DNA of 64,000 nt from an uncultured Eubacteriales bacterium (lineage in GTDB: Bacteria > Bacillota > Clostridia > Lachnospirales > Lachnospiraceae). Below the pieces are notes generated by a model that was not told the DNA's origin, searched no databases, and saw only the letters and a list, made by a program, of their open reading frames with translations. A program made the translations under genes and the position numbers. Below are positions 1-6,847 of this stretch, one piece after another; positions within the stretch are counted from its first letter, which is position 1; every line of letters starts with the position of its first letter. The stretch covers positions 11,055-75,054 of the forward strand of contig CAWVKK010000047.1 of assembly GCA_963929865.1 (NCBI GenBank), read 5' to 3'.

Positions 1-718
1 CGGTGATGATTCCCGGCTCCAGGGAGCCTAGGCGGATTCTTTTCACTCCTTCGATCTGGTGTACCTGCTCGATCAGCTCGATCAGGCTGCTCCCCGTGTC
101 GGTTCCATAGGAGCTTAAATGAATCCCGGTCAAAACCATCTCCTGATATCCAAGCCCGGTCAGCCTGCCGATCTCTTCCATCACCTCTTTTTCCTTTCTG
201 CTGCGCACGCGTCCCCGCGTATAGGGAATGATGCAGTAGCTGCAAAACTGGTTGCATCCGTCCTGTACTTTGATGTACGCTCTTGTATGTTCTGCTGTTT
301 TTTTGAGGGACAGCTCTTCGTATTGCCTTTCATGGGACATATCCGCCACAAACTCTTCTGGCTTTCTCCCCTCTTCCAATTCCTTCAGGATCGAAATCAG
401 GTCCTTTTTCCGGTTGTTTCCGATGATCGCGTCCACCGACCCATCGGCAAGCAGATCCTCCGCGGAAGCCTGCACATAGCATCCTGCCGCCACCACGATT
501 GCTTTGGGGTTCATCTTTCTTGCCTTGTGCAGCATCTGTCTCGATTTTCGGTCTGCCATATTCGTCACCGTGCACGTATTGATCACATACAGATCCGCTC
601 CTTTTTCAAACGGGACAATCTCATATCCGTTTTCTTCCAGCATCTGCTGCATCGCCTCTGTCTCGTATGCGTTTACTTTACAGCCTAAATTATGGAGCGC
701 CGCCTTTTTTCCCGCCAT
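1..718 (-). CDS. mtaB: tRNA methylthiotransferase MtaB (radical SAM). Only the N-terminal part is present; the C-terminus runs off the window start.
   Basis: It is absent from the ORF track because there is no in-window stop. My reverse translation from the ATG at 716-718 gives MAGKKAALHNLGCKVNAYETEAMQQ...VINTCTVT...KVQDGCNQFCSYCIIPYTRG, i.e. a methylthiotransferase N-domain plus the CxxxCxxC radical-SAM motif. Plus-strand ORFs 119-688, 252-479 and 504-821 are antisense shadows. Confidence 0.85.
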   Translation of the reverse strand, partial: MAGKKAALHNLGCKVNAYETEAMQQMLEENGYEIVPFEKGADLYVINTCTVTNMADRKSRQMLHKARKMNPKAIVVAAGCYVQASAEDLLADGSVDAIIGNNRKKDLISILKELEEGRKPEEFVADMSHERQYEELSLKKTAEHTRAYIKVQDGCNQFCSYCIIPYTRGRVRSRKEKEVMEEIGRLTGLGYQEMVLTGIHLSSYGTDTGSSLIELIEQVHQIEGVKRIRLGSLEPGIIT

Positions 719-779
719 GGTCTCTTCCTCTCTTCGTCTTTTTTGTTTTTCTCATCACTTTTGCCAAAGATCCATTCAA

Positions 780-818
780 AAGTTTGTGCGTTTTCTTAAA
801 GTTTGTACGTTTTCTTAT
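780..818. repeat. Tandem direct repeat, 2 x 19 bp (agtttgtGcgttttctta / agtttgtAcgttttctta), directly abutting a -35 box
   Basis: Read directly: units at 781-799 and 800-818 differ at about 2 positions. Confidence 0.7.
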
Positions 819-846
819 TGACTTTTCAAACTGCTGCCGTTAATAT
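818..846 (+). promoter_or_regulatory. Sigma-A-type promoter for the HPr-like gene
   Basis: TTGACT at 818-823, a 17-nt spacer, TAATAT at 841-846. GGGAGG RBS at 867-872 before the ATG at 881. Confidence 0.5.
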
Positions 847-880
847 AAAGATAATAAAACATATTCGGGAGGTAATTCCA

Positions 881-1114
881 ATGAAAACAGTTCAAATTTC
901 CCTAAATTCTATCGATAAGGTGAAATCCTTTGTAAATGACATTACAAAGTTTGACTATGACTTTGATCTGGTATCCGGAAGATACGTAATCGACGCAAAG
1001 TCCATCATGGGTATTTTCAGTCTGGATCTGTCTAAGCCTATCGATTTAAACATCCATGCTGAGGATGAGGTCAATGCCATTTTAGGGACATTAAAGCCTT
1101 ATATCATAGAATAG
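881..1114 (+). CDS. HPr-family (Crh-like) small protein lacking the His15 phosphorylation motif
   Basis: The internal ATG at 881 has a GGGAGG RBS, so the track ORF 803-1114 is over-extended. The 77-aa product contains AKSIMGIFSL, which resembles the HPr Ser46 region, but there is no GxHARPA His15 motif. Confidence 0.75.
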   Translation: MKTVQISLNSIDKVKSFVNDITKFDYDFDLVSGRYVIDAKSIMGIFSLDLSKPIDLNIHAEDEVNAILGTLKPYIIE

Positions 1115-1134
1115 ATCATCGTTTCTATCGGAGC

Positions 1135-1166
1135 AAAAGCTGTCCGTTTTTCGGACAGCCTTTTTC
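1135..1166. terminator. Bidirectional rho-independent terminator between the HPr-like gene and thiI
   Basis: Stem gctgtccg (1139-1146) pairs with cggacagc (1152-1159), flanked by an A-run and a T-run. Confidence 0.7.
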
Positions 1167-1173
1167 TTTCTCC

Positions 1174-2352
1174 CTATTCCGCCACAACCACTTCCGCGGT
1201 CTCAACCGCCGTTCTTACCAGCTCATCGATCTTTTCTGCAAGATGCGTCTCTGAACGCCTGATAATATTTAGGTTCGGCTTTGTGACCGGATGTTTTGCC
1301 ACAAAAATGGTACAGCAGTCTTCAAACGGCAGAATTGACGTCTCATATGTCTCAATCTTTTCTGAAATGTCGACAATATCCTGCTTGTCAAATCCAATCA
1401 AAGGCCGGTAGACCGGGATGGTGCAGACTTCATTCGTCACGGCAAGGCTCTGCATCGTCTGGCTTGCCACCTGTCCGATGCTCTCCCCTGTGATCAGCCC
1501 CAGAGCTCCGCACTCCTTTGCAAAGTGTTCGGCTATGCGCATCATATAGCGGCGCATAATAATCGTCAGCTCCTCGTGCGGACACTGATCGTAGATATAC
1601 AGCTGAATGTCGGTAAAGTTTACGATGTGCAGGCGGATCGGTCCTGTATAGCGGGAAATAATTTTTGCCAGATCGATGACCTTCTGTTTTGCTCTCTCAC
1701 TGGTATAGGGCGGAGCGTGAAAATAGACGGCGTCGATCTTGACTCCCCTTTTTGCAATCATATATCCGGCCACCGGGCTGTCGATTCCCCCTGAGAGCAG
1801 CAGCATTGCCTTTCCGTTTGTTCCGACCGGCATTCCCCCCGGTCCCGGTATGATCTTGGAATAGATGTAGATCTTTTCTCTGATTTCCACATTCAGCAAA
1901 ATCTCCGGATTGTGGACATCCACTTTCATCTGCGGAAAGCTTTCCAGAATTTTTTCTCCCAATGCCGCGTTTAATTCCATCGATGTCATCGGGTAATTTT
2001 TTCTGGCTCTTCTTGCGTTGACTTTAAACGTCTGGTTTTTTTCCGGATGCGCTTCGGCTATATAGGAAAGCACCGATTTTTCCAGCGCCTCCAGCCCTTC
2101 GTCTTCCGCATGGACAACCGGGCAGATTCCGACAATGCCGAACACGGTCTGAAGCGCAGCCACAGTCTCGTCAAAGTCAAACTCTCCCCCGCACTCTACA
2201 TAAATTCTTCCCTGCTGTTTGTGTACAAAAAATTCTCCTTCCACTCTCTTTAAGCTGCGGCTGATCTGGCTGACCAGCATATCTTCAAACAGATATCGGT
2301 TTTTTCCTTTGATTCCGATCTCCCCGTATTTAATCAAAAATGACTGAAACAT
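1174..2352 (-). CDS. thiI: tRNA 4-thiouridine synthase / sulfurtransferase ThiI
   Basis: MFQSFLIKYGEIGIKGKNR N-terminus, THUMP-like region and an SGGIDSPVA PP-loop motif. AGGAGAGAGG RBS. Confidence 0.9.
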   Translation of the reverse strand: MFQSFLIKYGEIGIKGKNRYLFEDMLVSQISRSLKRVEGEFFVHKQQGRIYVECGGEFDFDETVAALQTVFGIVGICPVVHAEDEGLEALEKSVLSYIAEAHPEKNQTFKVNARRARKNYPMTSMELNAALGEKILESFPQMKVDVHNPEILLNVEIREKIYIYSKIIPGPGGMPVGTNGKAMLLLSGGIDSPVAGYMIAKRGVKIDAVYFHAPPYTSERAKQKVIDLAKIISRYTGPIRLHIVNFTDIQLYIYDQCPHEELTIIMRRYMMRIAEHFAKECGALGLITGESIGQVASQTMQSLAVTNEVCTIPVYRPLIGFDKQDIVDISEKIETYETSILPFEDCCTIFVAKHPVTKPNLNIIRRSETHLAEKIDELVRTAVETAEVVVAE

Positions 2353-2373
2353 ATCCTCTCTCCTGTCTGTTCT

Positions 2374-3531
2374 CTATCTCCTTACGTAGCGGCGCAGCGC
2401 CGGCACCAGCTGCTTTAAGACTTGTGCGGCGTACGTGATCTCCTCCATGGACGTCGTCTCGCAGAAGCTGAATCGAAGCGTGCAGTCAAGGAGTTCCCTT
2501 GGCATATTGACGGCAAGCAGCGTATGGCTTGCCGTCTGCTTTTTGTTTGACGAACACGCCGAGCCTGCCGATGCGTAGACTCCTCTCTCCTCCAGCGCGT
2601 GGAGCAGCACTTCGCTTCGGACGCCTTCAAAACTGGCGCTGACGATGTGCGGCGCTCCTTCCTCCCCTGGCAGACTGTTCCATATCACGCCGTCCATCTC
2701 CTCAAGCTGTTCCATAAAATGGCGTTTCAGCTTCAAAAGGTGATTCCATGCTTCTTCCTGCGACTCATATGCCATTTTGGCGGCGACACCGATTCCCGCC
2801 GCCCCTGATACGTTGTCGGTTCCGGAACGCATTCCTCTTTGCTGTCCTCCTCCTAATATCAGAGGTCTGATCTTTGTTTTCTCATTGATGTAGAGAAAGC
2901 CGATCCCTTTTGGTCCGTGAATTTTATGACCGCTGACGGCCAGCAGATCGATCCCTGTCTTTTTCGGATAAATTCTGTATTTTCCGTAAGCCTGAATCGC
3001 GTCCACATGAAACAATATCCTTGGATTTTTCTCTCTGATGACCCTGGCCGCTTCCTCAATCGGCTCAACGGCCCCGATCTCGTTGTTGACATACATAATC
3101 GACACCAAAATGGTATCGTCCCGGATCTCTCTCTCCAGCTCTTCTACGCTGATTCTTCCATAGCGGTCCGCCTTCAGATACGTGACCGAAAAGCCCAATG
3201 TCTCCAGATATTTCATCGGTTCCAGCACGGCTGCATGTTCTACGGAGGTCGTAATGATATGTCTGCCCATCCTCTGATTGGCCAGCGCCGTCCCGATAAT
3301 TGCCCAGTTGTCCGCCTCCGTTCCTCCGGACGTAAAAAAGATTTCCTTTTCCGCCACTTTCATGGTCTTTGCAATCTGTTCTCTCGCTTCCTTTAAGTAG
3401 CGTTCCGCGTAAACTCCGACCAGATGCTTTGCGGAAGGATTGCCGAAATCTTCCATCATCGTCTTCACCACAATATCTCTGACCGGCTCTGAGCACCTTG
3501 TTGTGGCTGAATTGTCTAAGTATGCTTCCAT
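2374..3531 (-). CDS. Cysteine desulfurase (NifS/IscS class V aminotransferase)
   Basis: YLDNSATT N-terminus, SGHKIHGPKGIG PLP-lysine motif, SAGSACSS active-site Cys loop. It is paired with thiI. Confidence 0.9.
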   Translation of the reverse strand: MEAYLDNSATTRCSEPVRDIVVKTMMEDFGNPSAKHLVGVYAERYLKEAREQIAKTMKVAEKEIFFTSGGTEADNWAIIGTALANQRMGRHIITTSVEHAAVLEPMKYLETLGFSVTYLKADRYGRISVEELEREIRDDTILVSIMYVNNEIGAVEPIEEAARVIREKNPRILFHVDAIQAYGKYRIYPKKTGIDLLAVSGHKIHGPKGIGFLYINEKTKIRPLILGGGQQRGMRSGTDNVSGAAGIGVAAKMAYESQEEAWNHLLKLKRHFMEQLEEMDGVIWNSLPGEEGAPHIVSASFEGVRSEVLLHALEERGVYASAGSACSSNKKQTASHTLLAVNMPRELLDCTLRFSFCETTSMEEITYAAQVLKQLVPALRRYVRR

Positions 3532-3540
3532 CTTGTTTCC

Positions 3541-4287
3541 TCACTCTTCCGGTTCCAGGCAAAATACCAGGATCGACAAAACTGCCATCCCTGCCGTCTC
3601 GGTGCGCAGAATCCGTTTTCCCAGCGTCACTGGGAGGATTCCATTTTGCTGCGCAAGGGCGATCTCCTGCTCGTCGAATCCTCCTTCCGGACCGATAAAG
3701 ACTGCCACAGACTGTCCCGGCTTTATCGCTCCAAAAAGTTCCCTCGTCTTTTTCATGCCGCCCGCAAGCTCATAGGGAATGATTTTAACGTCCATCTCTT
3801 TCGCATAGCCGACCGCTTCTTGAAACGTCATCACCTGATGAATCTGCGGAATCCTGGTCCGCTTGCTCTGTTTGGCAGCGCTCTCTGCGATTCCCTGCCA
3901 CCGTCTCCTTTTTGTCTCTTCTTTCTTCTGATCCAGTTTGACGACCGCCCTTTTCGTAGCTACCGGAATAATTTCATACACCCCAAGCTCTGCCGTCTTT
4001 TGAATAATCCAGTCCATCTTATCACTCTTTGGCAGTCCCTGAAACAGGTAAATTTTGTTCGGCAGCTCCATCCCGACTTCTTCTGCCCACATAATCTTTG
4101 CGCACACCTTTTCGTCTGAGAGCGATGTGATCTCACACCGGTATTCCCTGTTGTCACACCCGGTGCCCACGCAGATCTGTTCTCCTTTCTGCATACGGAG
4201 AACATTTTTCATATGGTTGACGTCTTTTCCTGTGATCACAATGTCTTTTTCTTTGATCTGTTCCGGATTTACAAAAAAATGATGCAT
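3541..4287 (-). CDS. rsmE: 16S rRNA (uracil1498-N3)-methyltransferase RsmE
   Basis: MHHFFV start, a C-terminal IGPEGGF...E motif and LGKRILRTETA, all typical of RsmE. Confidence 0.9.
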   Translation of the reverse strand: MHHFFVNPEQIKEKDIVITGKDVNHMKNVLRMQKGEQICVGTGCDNREYRCEITSLSDEKVCAKIMWAEEVGMELPNKIYLFQGLPKSDKMDWIIQKTAELGVYEIIPVATKRAVVKLDQKKEETKRRRWQGIAESAAKQSKRTRIPQIHQVMTFQEAVGYAKEMDVKIIPYELAGGMKKTRELFGAIKPGQSVAVFIGPEGGFDEQEIALAQQNGILPVTLGKRILRTETAGMAVLSILVFCLEPEE

Positions 4288-4296
4288 CGTATTCTC

Positions 4297-5250
4297 CTAG
4301 TTCTTTCTCGCCGTTACGGACACCCATTCTCCCTGACGGGTAATCTCTAACACTTCCATCCCCGCTTTTTTGACTGCTTCCGTCACCGTCTCCTCCTTCT
4401 CTGCGAGGATTCCCGACGTGATATAGATGCCGCCTTTTTTCATCTGATGGCGGATGACGGGAGTCAGAGCCACTAAGACGTCGGCGAGAATATTTGCCGT
4501 TACGATATCGTACCTTTCATATCCGACCTGCTCTTGAACTTTCTCATCGTCGATAATATTTCCGATCAGGACGTCCATGCTTCCAGGCGCGATCTGATTT
4601 GCCTCCAGATTCTCTTTTGCAGCGGAGATGGCGCACGGATCCAGATCGGTTCCCACCGCATGTTTTGCCCCCATCTTCAGCGCCGCGATCGACAGGATTC
4701 CGCTCCCTGTCCCCACGTCGAGAAGCATCGTCTGCTCTGTCACATATTTTTTCAGCTGCCGCAGGCAAAGCTGGGTCGTCTCGTGCATACCTGTTCCAAA
4801 AGCCGTCCCCGGATCAATATGAATGATCATTTTGTTTTCATCTTCTTTTTTTACTTCTTCCCATGAAGGAATGATCAAGATGTCATCCACATAAAACTGA
4901 TGGAAATACTGTTTCCAGTTGTTGATCCAGTCCTTATCTTCCGTCTGCGACTGTGTAATCGTTCCTTCTCCGATATCCATGAAGCCGCGCAGCTCTTCCA
5001 GCGCCTCTTTCACCCTTTCGAGGACCGCTTCTGTGTCCTCTCCTTCTTCCAGATAAAAATTCAGATACGCGGTTCCGTCGTCTTGCGGACCCTCCGGCAG
5101 AATGTCGACAAACATCTGTTTTTTATCTTCCTCTGTCAGAGGTACGTTGTCCTCGATCTCCACTCCTTCTACGCCCGCCTCGGATAAGGCGGCAATCACC
5201 ATATCCTCAGCCTCCGCCACGGTCTTTAATCTAAATTTATTCCATCTCAT
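4297..5250 (-). CDS. prmA: Ribosomal protein L11 methyltransferase PrmA
   Basis: MRWNKFRLKT start at the internal ATG 5250; the track ORF reaching 5409 is over-extended. GTAFGTGMHETT and LLDVGTGSGILSIAA SAM-binding motifs. Confidence 0.9.
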   Translation of the reverse strand: MRWNKFRLKTVAEAEDMVIAALSEAGVEGVEIEDNVPLTEEDKKQMFVDILPEGPQDDGTAYLNFYLEEGEDTEAVLERVKEALEELRGFMDIGEGTITQSQTEDKDWINNWKQYFHQFYVDDILIIPSWEEVKKEDENKMIIHIDPGTAFGTGMHETTQLCLRQLKKYVTEQTMLLDVGTGSGILSIAALKMGAKHAVGTDLDPCAISAAKENLEANQIAPGSMDVLIGNIIDDEKVQEQVGYERYDIVTANILADVLVALTPVIRHQMKKGGIYITSGILAEKEETVTEAVKKAGMEVLEITRQGEWVSVTARKN

Positions 5251-5412
5251 TTTTTCTTTTACCTCATCTGTTTTTTCTGACCTGTTAGTCTTTTCCGCCG
5301 CCGGACCGGCTCCTGACCGGAGCGTTTCTGCGCAGAGCCGCAGCTGTCCTGCCGTAAGGAAGCAAAAGACTAATTTTGTTATTATATCACAAAATATCTG
5401 ATGGATCAATTT

Positions 5413-6795
5413 TTAATTTGGATCAATCAGAACTGCCATCTGTCCGAGCTGCCGATAAATCTCCTCAAAGCGGTCGGCGTCGCGCTCTACGATTCCTTCC
5501 AGCGGATCGTTGACGGTCACTGTATTCGTCTGGGTGTTGTAGCCGCACAATACGACGCAGTGTTCTCTGCGGAACCAGTAATACGCAGTCCCCTCATAGA
5601 CATACGTCTGATCTGTCTGTTCCAGATCGGAGAGATACATGCTGTTCCACACAATCACCGGCGTCCCGTTTGCCACGTAAGGGTACAGATCCTCTAGCTC
5701 TGTCCCTGTGAGGTTGGTGACTGTCATGTCGGATCCGTGCGCCGCCAAAAATGTCTCCGCCGCTTTTGTGATGGCCGGCGCAAAACATCCTGCTCCGCTC
5801 TCCGTATGGGGATTTCCCACATAGGCGGACACAAAATCCGTATCGCTGTATTCCAGATATTCGTCTGCAATTGTCGTCTTCTCCAGTTCAAATCCGTAAT
5901 GGCGCAGAACGATCGTAAGCGCCACCGACTCGCACCCTGTCGGAAGCTCCGGATTTTGCATCAGTTCCTCCATCGGGATGGAAAACTGATCCGGGATCTC
6001 GCATCTGCCGTTTTCGTCAATGCGGATATCTCCGATTGTCACGCCTTTTACCATTTTTCCGCTCTGAAGGTGGAACAGATAGCGGTTCCCGTTTACAATC
6101 TGCCATCCGGTCTGCATCGTTCCGTCTGTGCCCATGTAGTATTCTTCTCCGTCCACCGCAATCAGCCCGGTCGTCATCCTGCCATTCTGGTCAAAATAAT
6201 AGGTCTCCCTCCCAATATCCACGAATTCGTCCCTGACCGCTGCTCCGTCTTCCCCGACATAGCAGACGCCGTTTTCCACCTCCACGATCTGGTTTTTCTG
6301 CATGGCTGCGTCGGCGCCAAAAGCGTAATACACCCCCTCTATCTCGACCGCTTCTGCCTGGTATGCTTCCCCGGTTTCCCCGAAAAAGTACCGGTTTTCT
6401 CCCACATCTTTCCAGCAGTTTGTCTCCATTTTTCCGTTTTCGTCAAAAAAGTAGCGATACTCTCCGATTTTTTGAAATCCTGTCAAAATTTCGTTTCCGG
6501 CTTTATAGTAGAAGTCTCCGTTTAATTCCAGCCATCCTTCCGCCTTATATCCCTGCCCCTGCAGACGGTACAGCTCTATCAGGATATTCGTCAGTTCTCC
6601 ATTCTTGCTTTCAATCCGGGTATATCCGCCCTTCTTCTCATCTTGCTTTTCCTCCGGTTCAAAAGAATTGTGAATGTCTTCCAGCACCAGATCTGCTTTT
6701 GTTTCTATGCCGCTATAAAAAAAGGAAGTACAGACTGCCATCCACGCGATCATAGTTCCTGCCTTTATGTGTCTTTTTTTCATAGCATCTCCCAT
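5413..6795 (-). CDS. Secreted protein with about eight cell-wall-binding (choline-binding-type) repeats and a C-terminal C39-like cysteine peptidase domain
   Basis: N-terminal hydrophobic signal. Repeated GW/YYF/DxNG ~20-aa units (GEYRYFFDENGKM, GENRYFFGETGEA, RETYYFDQNGRM and others). The C-terminus has PELPTGCESVAL...REHCVVLCGY (Cys/His pair). The start could be 6783 (MKKRH). Confidence 0.75.
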   Translation of the reverse strand: MGDAMKKRHIKAGTMIAWMAVCTSFFYSGIETKADLVLEDIHNSFEPEEKQDEKKGGYTRIESKNGELTNILIELYRLQGQGYKAEGWLELNGDFYYKAGNEILTGFQKIGEYRYFFDENGKMETNCWKDVGENRYFFGETGEAYQAEAVEIEGVYYAFGADAAMQKNQIVEVENGVCYVGEDGAAVRDEFVDIGRETYYFDQNGRMTTGLIAVDGEEYYMGTDGTMQTGWQIVNGNRYLFHLQSGKMVKGVTIGDIRIDENGRCEIPDQFSIPMEELMQNPELPTGCESVALTIVLRHYGFELEKTTIADEYLEYSDTDFVSAYVGNPHTESGAGCFAPAITKAAETFLAAHGSDMTVTNLTGTELEDLYPYVANGTPVIVWNSMYLSDLEQTDQTYVYEGTAYYWFRREHCVVLCGYNTQTNTVTVNDPLEGIVERDADRFEEIYRQLGQMAVLIDPN

Positions 6796-6847
6796 TCGTT
6801 TTTCCTTTTGTTTTTGTCATGTCCTGCTCAGGACAGGGTGCTTTCCT

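Noticed and set aside
119-821. Plus-strand ORFs 119-688 (189 aa), 252-479 and 504-821
   Set aside because: They lie antisense to a clearly recognisable mtaB reading frame (radical-SAM CxxxCxxC). Their translations are low-complexity, Cys/Phe/Leu-rich, and have no RBS.
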